Assembly: GCF_004010195.1 (NCBI RefSeq)
Contig: NC_057718.1
Location: 40,563,362-40,604,603, forward strand
Direction: 5' to 3'
Length of the DNA: 41,242 nucleotides
Source of the DNA: Chiloscyllium plagiosum
Lineage: Eukaryota
Part shown: positions 23,163 to 36,446 of the stretch, one piece after another
How the letters are laid out: each line of letters opens with the position of its first letter
How positions within the stretch are numbered: position 1 is the first letter of the stretch
Position numbers and translations under genes: made by a program
The notes under the pieces: model-generated
Told to the model about the DNA's origin: nothing
Databases searched by the model: none
Seen by the model: only the letters and a program-made list of their open reading frames with translations

Positions 23163-24911
23163 CCAACATAACTGATATTCATCAACCTTTTATTTTCCAA
23201 AAGTCTGTGGGGTCCGTGTAACACCTACACAAGTTATATATCTTGACTATGATGCAGTGCTTCACATGTTATATTGTGGAAAGAGAAATCACTTGGGGAG
23301 AACAACTTTCCTTTAAATGGTGCTATTTAAAGGCATACAGTGTGTAATAACATACTGGAATAAAGCCCATACAGCTGATTGAAAAAAAAAACACAGGCGT
23401 GCGATTGGAATAAAGCCGAGAAATTTTCAGGATCGGTGTAATGGTTGTTAATTGTTAGTTTCAACCTGTTCACTGCAGAAAGATTCTCCCTTCTTGAAGC
23501 AGATTCATAATGAATTCATAAACTGAAAGACAGTTTTTGTTAAATCCATTTATGGCCTCCACACCATATAGGCAAATGTGCAATATTGTAAAGGGCTTGC
23601 AGTTCTCTCGAGAGACAAAGAGCATGAGAATGCATTATAAAATGAGAATGAAGTACCTACATCTAATGTTCTACCTGTAGGCATTACAAAAGTAGATCAC
23701 TAATAACGGGACAGATTTTCTTACTCATTTCCCCTATCGCTTCACTGAACCGATGTTGAAATTTGATAACTGTTCACATATTTATCAGGATTAATGTGGT
23801 CCTCCTGGCACCTGTAAGCTTTCACAACAGTAGCAATTTGATACGGTGAAATCCACAGTGTAAAGGATAAACTGCCTGTCAAAAATACCATCTGGACAGG
23901 AAATGGACACCTGCTGTTCAGAAGAATTTGAGAAGCATACTTGTTCAATAAAATGATTAAAGGAGTTAAGGACATCCAGGTAATGCAGCATACAGTGACC
24001 TACATTTTTTAACTGCTTAAATTAGTCCAAATTAACAATGTTCTCACACAGGTTCAGCGGTTAAAAATCACAGAATGTGAGGTTAAAAAAAGGTAGAATT
24101 TTTGCCTCTCCATTTGCACATTTCCTCTTCGGGTTTCTTGACTCCAGGCATTCAGGAGGCGTGAGACCCTTATGCAGACAAATGAGGGTCTCATAAACAT
24201 CCAGAAGTCACTCACTTATACCATTTGGAAACGGACACAAAATTAAACACAGGCTGACTGAATTATGTACCATGCTAATTACTGGAAAACGCTGCACGAA
24301 ATGGATCCAGAATCAGAAGTAATCAAGGTAAGCTTACATTTTTCAAAGTTTCTAACTGTTTTCTGGTGGGTACTCGCTTCCAGGAGTACACATCAAAATC
24401 TCATGAGGCTTCATGGTCTTCCTTTCCAGCCTCTAACCCCAATATACTTGTCTGACTGCTAGGGAGCCAATCTCACTGGATCACAGGGCTCTCCTGACAC
24501 TTGTTACTTGGCACCCAAAAGTCAGCCTTCCCATCATTCCCACTGGGCAAAGCAGGAGCCTAACTTCAGATGTGTTAATGATGTTTGGGTGATAAACTGG
24601 CTAGGGCATGACACCAATACCCTCAGGAGCTTTCCCTCACATCACACCACATCCCCCACTGCTTCAATTGATCTGTGTTTAATGGCTAATACTGAGTGTA
24701 CACAAAGCACTTACAGTTCAGGTAGAGGACTAAAACAAGCCAGATACTACACCAAGGGCACAACTACATTTCTATGAATATCCCTCTTTACACTGAAAGA
24801 AATGCATGTTCTATTATTTGAACTTACAAGTTATGCAAGTTATCATAGAAAATTATCAGTCCTTAACCAAACCATGTTAGCTCTGGTTAGTTCCACTTCC
24901 TTCAGTCTCTA

Positions 24912-25045
24912 GGGGTTTGGTTAGCTCAGTTATCTGAATGGACATTTTACAATGTAGTATGATGCCAACAGTGTGTGTTCAATTCCTCCAGCGACTCAGG
25001 TTACCATGAAGGACTCTCCTTCTTGTCCTCTCCCCTCAGCTGACC
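24912..25045 (+). mobile_element. tRNA-derived SINE fragment
   Basis: A-box-like ggttagctcagtt and B-box-like gttcaattcc (24977-24986) with a non-tRNA continuation. Confidence 0.5.
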
Positions 25046-26335
25046 TTTACCTTTATATCAGTCTATGCACATGCACATGGTCTTTAAATCATGCAAGTTT
25101 CCTAATAGTATCCTGGTATTTCTACCATCATTCCTCGGATGAAATTATTTCTCTGGAGAATGTTGTTCAGGGATGAGTGCTTTTGCCACGATAACTGTTG
25201 TTGCTGATCTATTCCATTGCTGGGCAATGGTAGACCTTTGGGGCTGATGGTTGTGCTGTGTTAGTATGAAGTTCACATCCTCCTGATCAACTCTCTACAG
25301 TGGGAAAATATTTACTCCAGTTGCACATAGATGTACATTTGAGGTGACAACTGTTTCACAAATCCCAAGTTACTACATGGCCTGACTTTAGTTGCAATCA
25401 TTAAATATTTGCACTCTGGCTCTCCAATGCTTAGCTTTGATAATGACTTGACAGTTTTATCAAAGTGAAATGTGACTTTCTATGGCTTAGCTTTGATGTT
25501 ATCATTCATGCTTGTTGCTGCTGCTGGTTTCAATAGTCTTTCAATAGTCTAATAGGATAATAGATTCCACTAGTGGTGGAATGAGTCTTTGGAAATGTTT
25601 TCAGTAGAGTCGCTCCTCTAAAGATTGCCTTTTTAAAATTTGTGCTGAATTGGCTTGACTTCTTTATGACCCCTTTGGTGATTTTCAGCCCCAGCCTTTC
25701 TGTTTGAGTAGTGTTAGTGTGGAGATGATGTATTGTTTTGAATTTTGTAATCCTGCATGAAGCAGCTGACTCCTCACTCAAGTATTGAGGGCCATTGTAA
25801 CTCGCAACAAAGTCTGGTATGCGGTCTGAAATAATATGCTTTGGGAGATTCTACAATCTCATTAGTAATCATTGATGTCAGTCTGTCTAACTCTCAGTGG
25901 TCCAGACGAGATAATTACTTCTTACAAGAGTGAAAAGGTCTACTCCAAATTTCATCCACAGTCTGTCAGTAATGTCATGTGTCATAAGCAGCTGTTTAAC
26001 TTGTTTAGCTTTGTTTTTGTTATAAAAATTGCACTCGCTGCTCCTTAATCGTATCTCACATGTTTGGCCAATAGAGCACTTATCTTGCCTTCCACAGACT
26101 AGATTCATTTTCATGATGGCTTACATGGATGCACTCCAGCATCTCCTCATTTCCTTTCTCATCTCCGTAGGGATAATGGCTATTTCTTTTGTACAAGATG
26201 CCATCTTGAGTTACCATTTTCATCTGTGTACTGTATACTCAATACTCACTTAGGGCAACATATATATGCGTGAGGCTTTCAGACCATCCTTTCATCACTA
26301 CTTCATGCAGCTCTTGGGATGTTACCCCTTTATAG

Positions 26336-26520
26336 GTAAAAGAGAATTGCAGATGCTGGAACTCAGAAACAAAAACTGAAATTGCTGTAGAAAATCTACA
26401 GGTCTGGTAGCATCTGTAGAGAGAGGAACAGAGTTAACATTTCTGGTCCTGTGATCCTACCGGACCTGAAGCGTTAACACTGTGTTCTTTCCACTGATGC
26501 TGCCAGACTTTTTCGGGTAA
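26336..26520. mobile_element. Fold-back pLTR pair inserted in the Gypsy pol
   Basis: ggtctggtagcatc..gttaacatttctggtcc | ggacctgaagcgttaac..gatgctgccagact. Axis in the HHR stem II region. Confidence 0.75.
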
Positions 26521-28261
26521 TTTGCTTGAATTGAGCAAAAGAACTTGTCTTTTAGATTATTGTTTCTGCTGGTTTGATGGGTTCCAGAGCCTGCAAGAAT
26601 GTTGCTTCTCATTGAATCAAGAGGCTTTTACAATCTGTCTTAATGCTCTTAACTATTTTCATAGATAGTGTCTCTATTGACAATGTGTCACAAATATGTA
26701 TTTATTTCTCCCTGCTTGTAGGTCGCACCCAGATGCTCTATCTACAAATGAAATAACATTGTTTGCAGGTACTTGAGAGCAGATAGAAGTGGTTCAAGGA
26801 AAGTGTTTTGAAGTGTCTTGTGTTTGGACCACAAAGTAACAGTGAGCACAAGGATGCTCACAGACTAAGACAATAGCATTGCACAGTTTGATTTGTGTTA
26901 ATGTCCTCAGTGTAAATGCAACTGATTATTCTTGCTGCATTAAAGTTGCTCTATGTCCTGCCTTTCCGGCTTCATCCTACATGGTGACTTTTTCAATCAT
27001 ATTGTGGTACCTCCCTACTGATGTGACTTTATTAGTTTGAATTTAGTGTTAACTGTGTCCAGTTTTGTGCCCCAATACTGCTGCACATCCTTAATAGTGA
27101 CCTTGCACAGAGATTCACATTCTGATGACCAATTAAGCATGAACATTGCTAAATAATTCATATGTTGAAAAAAATCACTACATTGGCTTCCCATCTGTTT
27201 GATGCTGCATCTCTGCTACATTCTCACCTTGTCAGGATTGAAGTGAAGTCTTTTGTCTGTCAGTCACCCAATCCCATTTAGAGGAGATACCACTATCTTG
27301 ATTACTTGCCCCCTTATCCTTTTTTGTATTTTATTTTTCAGACTGGACTTGTGGCTGGTTAGAATTCTTGGCAATAGCTGCATTGACCTTTTGCTCTCAT
27401 TTATTTCAAAATGACAGTCACGAGAAAGTCACCCAAGACAACATAACAAGTCTTTATAATCTTCTTAGATTTGTTCAGTGGTCAACAGTTTAGCAGCCTG
27501 TAAAATGTTGCAACACTCTTCTGGCAAGGTTAGGGTCACTAGCTGAAGCTTTCGGCTTGCTTCAAATGAGATGAGTGGATTTTGCTTGACTGTCTGGAAT
27601 TACAGATCTTCGTTCTTCACACTGCATTAGACTCTCAGCTTCATTTGTCCTCTTGAGATGAGAATGACTATCATTCCATTAAATAGCCTGAACTTCATCT
27701 TCAAGGGCTCCATTTCTGGGTCAACATCTTGAGCAACATTTCACAGGTTTGCAAAGCTCATGATGTTGAATGAAGTAGTGATGCCTGTAGGATACTTTGT
27801 ATCAACTATTAAATCAGCAATAGCCATCTTTATTGGCTTGCTTTGTTTCTTCCAAGCTTAACATTTGTATGCAACATGATTCAGCCTCTTGTAAATAGAG
27901 CACTAAATTCCTCATGTTTGACCTGCTTTCCTTTCTTTTGTGTGATATCCTCCACAGTAAATTAGATTGTGTTTTTGACCTTTGCCCTTATTGTTGGCTC
28001 TTCTCCAAATAATTACCTTCTTTTCCAATCTATTGTCCTTATTCAGCACATAATTCTGCATAGCCTATTGTCAAATCTCCTCTGTTCTCCCATCCATAAA
28101 CCCTCGCTGATAATTAACTATCTCAGAGCTTCTGCACATGTCAATAACTTTCTTAAGTAGTTTTCTCCTTTCTTCCAGATGCTCTCTTGCAGCAGCATCC
28201 CTTATGCCTAACCTAATTTTACCTTTGATGGGATTGACTGGGATTCTGAAGGAGACTCATA

Positions 28262-28362
28262 CAGGACTCCAAATGTTAATTCTATTTCTTGTTCCATGGA
28301 TGCTGCCAGACCTACTGAATTTCTCTGTCAGTTCCTATACTTGTTTCAGGTTTCCAGCATAT
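28262..28362 (+). mobile_element. pLTR remnant inserted in the Gypsy gag
   Basis: ggactccaaatgttaattct...ggatgctgccagacctactgaatttctc...ttcaggtttccagcat. Confidence 0.65.
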
Positions 28363-30268
28363 TTTGTTAATATTCTCCCTTACCTGATAAGCTCTGATAT
28401 TGAACATGTAATATTTGTACGTAACATGGGGTTAATGGGTTCAAATTGTGTCTTCAAATCTTTCAAACAATCTTCTATCATCTGGCTTTTGTGCTCCTCA
28501 GTTAGATCCAGGTTGCAATACAACTTTTGGCACTCTTTCCCCAGTACTGGAAGCAATGTTGCAACTCTTACCTGCTCAATGTTTTGAACTAATTCTCTAG
28601 CTGTTTGACAGTTCTGCCAGTGAGAGTAGAAAAATTCTAATTCTGTCTCATTTCCACAGAAGCAGAGAATAGCAAGTGCACTGCCATTTTTACTCATCTG
28701 CTATTTCGAAGTTGCAGATTTCTTTTTGACAATTTCTTTCTATCAGTACCTGACTCTCCAACAGCTCTGAATATCTACACCTTTTCAGCTATTCCGTTGT
28801 GGAACCATTTTCAAGTGATGCGTTTTTTAAAGGCCGCCACAGATTGCACACAAGGACATTTAGAGCAGAGGTCGAAGTCACTTGCTGTCAACAAATAAGC
28901 AAATAAGCAAAGGGTAAAATTGCGTTTTTCCAAACACCTACGCACTACTTGCATCCTGAGTTAAAATTAGGGATTTAATCTCCAAGGCCTTTTTTTCAAA
29001 GCAACTTGCTTTAAGAGAAATATATCATTTTACAAAAAACTGTTTTGCTCTATATAACATCCAGGAACATTTGAGGTTTTGACCCTGATCCATGCTGAAC
29101 TCACCAACCTCAAATGTACAATTACAGCATGTTGTATAAATTAAGTAATGCTTCTATAGTTGGTCTCAGTATTCTAGAGGGGGGAGAAGTAGCCAGAATT
29201 TTTTTTTAAAATGGCAGCAAGTTCTAACAGTTGTTGGTTAATGGGGTAGAAATGAAGCTGGACATGCTTTAGATTCAGCACTAGGGAGATGGTTTAAGCC
29301 TGAGCCAAGAGGCTTAAAGATTGATAGAAATTGGTTGCCTGATGAGGGAAAACTATTTCTGGCCATGTTGACAATGGCTCTCAAGCAGGTCGAGGGAATG
29401 AATTTGGAGCATGGTCAACAATTAAACATTTCACATGTTAGAAAGTGGGGTCAGGCAGTAGAGAATCCCCATTCTCTCAGCATTGAGAGTGAAATTGGTT
29501 GTATTTGCAAAGGAACCAGCCCAGTTCTATGTTTGGAAAACTAGGTCTAACATTGCAAATGATTGTATATCATGTGATGTTAACTGAAAAGTGTGTGATA
29601 TTATTCTCTTAAGAGAACTGCAATTCTGTTCCGCCTAAAGTCAGATCAGATTACCCAGTACTAGCAGAACAGAAGCTTATATAATATTCCACACATGATT
29701 CTGTCCTGCCTTTTAAGATTTTATGTCATTTAACAAGAACACTCGACACAAGTACAAGTTTGAAAACAGGAGGTCCACCTCTCAGAAAATCCATGAGGCA
29801 ATACTTTTGTTCAATTGGGATATTTATAATGTAACTCCATGTGATCTCCTCATCAGCTATTTTCTCATATTTGCTTGGCTAACTGCTTATCTTAAAATAT
29901 TCCTGCCTTTATTATTACAAATAAAGATCCTAATCTTCCATCCATTCAAGACCATCTTCTTTTCATTGATGGTCTGGTTTCACTTTTATGACTCTGCCCC
30001 TTCCACTATTTATGTCTTCTCTTCATTCTACCTTTGCATGTGACTCATAGCCTCCAGACATTTGGCAAGGTCAAAAAAACCTCCAATTTCAGCAGCTTTT
30101 GGTTTGAAGGAAGTATCCCATGATTCCCTATATTAAAATGATATACTTCTACTTTAGCTTCTGAGTATATGCATTTTCTCCTCCAGATTTAGACTAATGG
30201 TTTAGCTGTTGTTTGAAGCTGAAATCAGTTCACTAAACCTGTGGTGTAAATGCACATGAACAGTTCAA

Positions 30269-30474
30269 CCGCAAACAAAAATAGGAATTGCTGGAAAAGC
30301 TCAGTAGGTCTGGCAGATGTGTGGAAAGAAATCAGAGGAAATTCTGAGGAAGAATCACTCGACTAGGAACGTTATCTCTGATCTCTCTCCATAGATGCTG
30401 CCAGACCTGCTGAGCTTTTCCAGCAATTTCTATTTTTGTTTCTGATTTAAAGCACCCACAGATCTTTTGGTTTT
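30269..30474. mobile_element. Fold-back pLTR pair with perfect 10-bp TSD
   Basis: aaacaaaaataggaattgctggaaaagctcagtaggtctggcag pairs with ctgccagacctgctgagcttttccagcaatttctatttttgttt. aacagttcaa at 30259-30268 and 30475-30484. Confidence 0.88.
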
Positions 30475-30999
30475 AACAGTTCAAAGACAATCTCATGACT
30501 CACTAACATTCTTTTAATGACTATGTAACCTGCATGCCTTCAAGTGTTCCTGCTATGAGCTAGTTGGGATACTCTTCAAATCTATTGAAAACTCAATTCC
30601 CATTTCAAAGTTTTACTCTGTTCAGTTGTCTGCTTACACCTCTTGGTATAACACAAAACTGTGTTAACATACCTTTAACCTGGATGATTTATATATCATG
30701 CTTACCATTGTATGTATTTTTGTCTTACTGGAGTTTTTGTCCTCTGAGATTTTTTTTCTTAGTCATTTCTGCTTTTTATCAGAGACTGCAACCCTCAACA
30801 AATTATTTTACCTGTTTCCATTTCACACCATCAGCACAGGTCAGCCTCACATTTACTGTGTTAAACTGACTGAAACTTCTCCTGGCAGGAGTTCCTTCTG
30901 TCTGCATGAATATTGCATTTGATCCATCAGCACTTTTAGCACCAAGCCGATGCTCTGAACTATCACCAACTTAATCAGAAATGATGGGGCAGATTTTAA

Positions 31000-31175
31000 T
31001 AAAAGCATTACAGATGCTAGAGATCTGAAAATAAAACAGAAGGTGCTGGAGAAACTCAGCAGGTCTGGCAGCATATGAGAAGATACAAGCAGTTAATATT
31101 TTGAGATGGATATGATTCTTTGTTGGAACCCTTGCGTAGATGTCTGTTGAGTTTCTGAAGTATTTTCTATTTGTT
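31000..31175 (-). mobile_element. Decayed pLTR with short inverted arm
   Basis: cagatgctagagatctgaaaataaaacagaaggtgctggagaaactcagcaggtctggcagcat..., then gttgagtttctgaagtattttctatttg. Confidence 0.65.
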
Positions 31176-33159
31176 CGAGGGTAGATTTTAATTCTAGGCC
31201 AGCAATGGAGAGGTAGAGGGTGTATTCTGTCCACCTATTTTTGCCAGACAAAGATCTGAGTTCAGTGAAGGTCTGAGTAGCATGGCACCTCTGAGCTGTG
31301 GGTGCTTCTGCTATACTCTGTCTGTCCTAGCAAGGTATCACAAGGTATCACAACTCACACTCTGAACCAACTAACCATGACCTGGTCTATATAGTAATCA
31401 TGTTTAATGAATATGCAAAAAGACCCAGAGGTATGTGGGATGTGTCTGTGACCTTCATGGCTATGTCTTAGGCTCACTGCAGGAACATTCTATGTAGGTA
31501 GCTCCAGGCCACAAATTTGTTTATGTCAACTGTGTAAATAAAGGCTATTGAATGAAATTCCCTTTTGCTTGCCTGTACCCTTCTAAACCTATCCACCTGT
31601 ACTTAAACTGGGGCTGAATGTACATATTTAATGAAGATGGCAATTTCCAAACATGACCATGATGGCCCACAGGGGAGAAACTGATCATGAACCTAGACAA
31701 TGTGAATTACCCTGATGCACGTGCTGGATGAGAATTTTCTAAATGTGCCTCAGCTTTTCTCTGCTCTCTGCAGTTGTTGAAGAACCAATTTGGCTGCAGA
31801 CATAAGAATGTTAGAATAGACAGTGCCATATGTCTGGAACAGCCTCAGATCTTCACTTGAAGCAGGAAGGCCTCCAGATCAGTATCCTTTTATCTGCAGT
31901 GGCACCAGTGCACCTGAGGTTCTGCAGAGACGGGGTATTTGGAAATTTGTTTGTTTTTGGCAGGAATTTCCAACGCTCTCCGCTTTGTATTCTCAGTTCA
32001 GAGGATTTCTGTATTCTGTTGGGTCAAGAGGCCCAGCCATTTTTTTTTTGCCCCTGAGAAAGGTCCCACCCAGCACCGGACAAAGTTAAAGTAGAGTTAG
32101 ATGTAATACTACAGAGAGGAGTCCTTTCCCCTACTTGGCGATTTTCTGGTTTGGACACCATTCCAAATTTGGACAGTCAGCACTGCCTCTTCATCGACTT
32201 AACACAACTTAACAAGATGGTCTATAGGGAGCTGCCTCCCATGTCCTCTGTCAATGACAGCTTGGAGAAACTCACCATGAGTCTGTTTTTTTAACTCAAC
32301 TTGATGCCGATAACAGGCTCTGGTAAATCCCACTGAACCAGGAGGCCAGGCTGCTGACTGCATTAGTAACTCAATTTTCTTGTTACTGCTTCAATCAACT
32401 TCTGTTCGGCATGTCATTTGTCCAGGAGATATTTCAATGTACAATGACTACAATTCCTAAGGGGGAGTGGGTCTGTTTGCCATTTAGACAACACTATGAT
32501 CCACCAGGCTACTGGAGAGGAATGTAGTAGAGTCAGAACAGTCTTGACGTCCCTAAGCAGGACAGTAGCCTGCACCCCCTCTTAATTTCTATATTTCTAT
32601 GTTAAAGCAACCCCCTGCTCTTGTGTAACCTTTGAGACCTTTGAAATGTGTTTGGGGATTGTCAATGATGGGTAACACTTTAAAGGCACTTGTGATAATT
32701 TCTGCTTCACAGATATTACTAGGATTAATTTGTAATGATCAATCTTATGATCAGAATTGTTTGTGGTCAGGGGTTTTAGTATTTGTTTGAGTGCTTGATT
32801 AGTGTAACTGCCTCACTTTGGGTCTCACAATTGGTCCTGCCCCTGCAGACAAAACAAAAGAAACTTGCTCTGCCCCATCTGGGTGTGCTGACAGCATTGT
32901 TTTCATGTTTACTGTGCAGCTGAGATTGGGTTGATAAAGAGAAGGCTTTCCAGGTTGTACTGGAGAAAGTGAGGCGCAGGCTTCTCAAGCTGTACCTCTT
33001 CAAGTTCCTTCATTTTCCATCCTGCACTGCAGCCCCATCGACCTCATCACCTTTGACCCTCCCCCTCCAACCCTTTTATAGAACTAATAATATACACTCT
33101 TTTCCTGTAGAGCCCTAGACCTAGTACATACCTAGGGCTAACATTGGTATCCACTTAGG

Positions 33160-34615
33160 GTCACAGAGTCATACAGATATAGAGGAGGGACCAGACCCTT
33201 CAGTCCCACTGACCAGATATCCTGAATAAATCTGGTCCCATTTGGCCCATTTCTCTCTAAACTCTTCCTAATCATCTACCCACCCAGATGCCATTTATAT
33301 GTTGTAATTGGACACATCTCCACCACTTCCTTTGGCAGTTCATTCTGTACATGCTCCATCATCTGCATGAAAAAGTTGATCGTTAGATCCCTTTTAAATC
33401 TTTCCCTCTCATTTTACACCTTATGCACTATAGCTTTGGACTCCCCCACCCCTGGGAAAAGGCCTCGACTACTTACCATATCCATGCCCCTCATGATTTT
33501 ATTAACCTTTACAAGGTCACCCTCAGCCTCTGATGCTCAAGGGAAAACAGCCCCAGCCTATTCAGCCTCTCCTTATAGCTCAAATCCTCCAACCCTGGCA
33601 ACATCCTTGAAATCTTTTCTGAACCCTTTCAAGTTTCACAACATCCTTCCTATAGCAGGGAGACCAGAACTGCATTCAATATTCCAAAAATGGCCTAACC
33701 AATGTCTTGTACAGCTGTACCTGGGCTTCAGTTTCAAGGTGCTATGAACCTGCACTCTGAGGTCTCTTTGTTCAGCAACACTCCCCAGGATCTTACCATT
33801 AAGTGTATAAGTTCTGCCCTGATTTGCTTTCCCACACATTTATCTAAATTAAACTCCATCTGGCACTCCTCAGCCCATTGGCCCAACTGATCAAGATCCC
33901 ATTGATCTGGGGTAAACTTCTTCACTGTCCACTACACCTCCAATTTTGGTGTCATCTGCAAACTTACTAACCATCCTTCCTATGTTCACATCCAAATCAT
34001 TTATATGAATGATGAAGAGCAGTGGACCCAGCACTGATCCTTGTGGCACACCGCTGATCACAGGTCTCCAGTCTGAAAAGCAACCCTCTCTCTTCTACCT
34101 TCAAGCCAGTTCTGTATCCATAGATAGATCTCTCTATATTCTGTATGATGTAACCTTACTGACCTGTCTACCATGAGGAATGTTATTGAATGCCTTACTG
34201 AAGTCCATATCGATCACGTCCTCCACTCTGCCCTCATCAATCATCTTTGTTACTTCTTCAAAAAACTCATGAGACATGATTTCCCACGCACAAAGCCATG
34301 TTAACTATCCCTAATCAGTCCTTGCCTTCCCAAATACATGTAAATCCTATCCCTCAGGATTCCCTCCAAAACTTGCCCACCACCAATGTCAGGCTCACCG
34401 GTCTATAGTTCCCTGACTTTTCCTTACCACCTTTCTTAAATAGTGGCACCACGTTAGCCAACCTCCAGTCTTCCAGCACCTTGCCTGTGGCTATTGATGA
34501 TACACATATCTCAGAAAAGGGCCCAGCAATCACTTCCCTAGCTTCCCACAGAGTTCTATGGTACACCTGATCAAGTCCTAGGGATTTACCAACCTTTTAT
34601 GCGTTTTAAGACTTC
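33160..34615 (-). mobile_element. CR1 LINE, 5'-truncated, decayed
   Basis: ORF fragments DWRLANVVPLFKKGGKEKSGNYRPVSLT, LGQWAEECQMEFNLDKC, YTLNGKILGSVAEQRDL. Colinear with 10757-12460. gtcacagagtcata tail. Confidence 0.93.
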
Positions 34616-35749
34616 GAATACCTTCACCCTTCCCTCCCTTCCCCACTTCTCCTCTCCACCCCTGAAGCTAGAGTGGTGATGATTATCGAAGACCCCTCCC
34701 CTTTTACACACAGAATCTTTCTATGTTATATCCACTCTGGCCATTACATTGAGAGTTGCCTCCCTTTACAGCAATTGTATCCTTTGCATCCCAGTGCACT
34801 GCCTCCAATCACCATATTTGACAACTCCAATTTTCCCAACCCAGTCCCAAGCTCTGATACCCTTGCCCTTTCTCCACCGCCCCTCACGTTTAGTAAACAG
34901 AATTCACAAGGACTGATCATGGCCCATCTCCTCAATTAATTTGGTAAGAACGCATCAGGACAGACCATCTCCCTGACTGTTTTCCGTATAGCGTCCTGAC
35001 TGATGTAACAGTAATCCTGGGACTCACGGTGTTCAACTGGCAGGTCTGACCAAAGCTCAATCTCATAACAATAAGGATACAGATTCCCCGGATCCAGGTC
35101 ACACCAATTGCCCGACTGAGCAGGCCACCCCTCTGGACTCAGATTAGACAATACCCTTGTCAGAATCTGATGGCACCCCGATTGAACATAATCCCCTTTG
35201 ACTCTCAGACTTTCAGATATAGCCATTTGCTTGCTGCATACAATGTATTTGTACATAAGCTGTTAGCAACCCTCTCACTTCTACCTTCAATCTAGTGTAT
35301 GTGGCATTGATGTAGCATATTGTGTACAGCAACATCTCTGCTCTTTTCTCTTTATGGTACTGGCGAGCATGACAAACTCTGTGCCTTTTTGTCTGCCAAC
35401 AGGCAAGGAAGGATATGACACCTGTGAGCCTTTAAGCTCTGAACGATGTGGGATTGCAGAGATAGCTCAAGTATCCAAGCAAGTTCAGAGTAAGCGAGTA
35501 GTAATAACACAAGCTAAGAGCCTTGATATGCTTTGAGTTCCAGTGCATAGGATGAAGGCTTGTCCCTCTGTGTAAAACAGCCTGACAGCAGCATTGCAAT
35601 GTAAGGTAACAGTGAGCTCCAAAGGGCAGTACTGATATGTTGAACTGGATTATAATTTAGTTCAATATGTGCATGATGATGTAGTGAGAGCTGATTTGGA
35701 CTTCTGTGGATGGAGGGTGAGAACAGTCACTGCCCATGGAGCATGCACT

Positions 35750-35970
35750 CACATGGTCCATAGATGTGCAGGTTGAGTGGATTGGCCAAGCTAAATTGGC
35801 CCAGAGTGTCCAGGGATGTGCAGGTTAGGTAGGTTAGTCATTGGTAAATACAGGGTTACAGGGATGTTGGGCAGGGGGTGGGGGAGTGGGTCTGGGTGGG
35901 ATGCTTTTCAGAGGGCCGGTGCAGATTTGAGTGGTGTCTACCTGCACTGTAGAGATTCCATGATTCCATG
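35750..35970 (+). mobile_element. HE1-related SINE, 3' portion
   Basis: gatgtgcaggttgagtggattggccaagctaaattg...gggtctgggtgggatgcttttc...cactgtagagattccatgattccatg. Confidence 0.7.
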
Positions 35971-36446
35971 AATTGCTGAGGAATGTTTGACAAGATGGAT
36001 ACCTGGTGGAGACACTGATGAGCTGAAGTATTCAGGTAATTATTCTGACTTTCAAGTCAGGAATGGGTTCTGTCTATGTTTTTGCTGCTACCTGCTTAAA
36101 AACGAAGCAAGATTCAGTCAGAATGAGGTATTAATGACATAAATACTGGCTCATCACTTACTAGCAAGATTCTTAATGAGCTATTGAAGCCTTAAGAGGA
36201 AAGTCAGACTTCTATTTCTCAACATTGAGAATCTAATCGTTTCATTTTCACTGTATTCTCCCGATTTCTCGTCATTTCCCAGGTCTTTTGGACACAAGGC
36301 AAATTATGCACAGAGTTAATATTTTGTAATCTGTTTTTGCTACATTATAATTTCTGTAGGTTTGTAAAAAAAAAATCTAAGATTAAGCAAGAAAGAGAAT
36401 ATAATACTAATCAGAGTGCATTTACTTTTTTATTGAAAAACATTAA

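Larger units (their letters stand above)
25150..28720 (-). mobile_element. Heavily decayed Ty3/Gypsy LTR retrotransposon internal region (gag-pol)
   Basis: In order on minus: Gag-like EQVRVATLLPVLGKECQKLY..L..QFEP (28380-28697); decayed CCHC knuckles YCGGYH..CSIYKRLNHVAYKC (~27860-27960); RNase H-like VAFTLRTLT and HKTLQNTFLEPLLSALKYLQ (~26760-26925); integrase HDITDRLWMKFGVDLF and PDFVASYNGPQY (~25775-25980). Integrase-last order indicates Gypsy. Confidence 0.85.

Noticed and set aside
28720..29000. Possible PBS and 5' LTR of the Gypsy relic
   Set aside because: No paired LTRs or convincing tRNA-complementary PBS could be identified by eye.
31331..31353. caaggtatca tandem duplication
   Set aside because: Trivial 10-bp slippage repeat.
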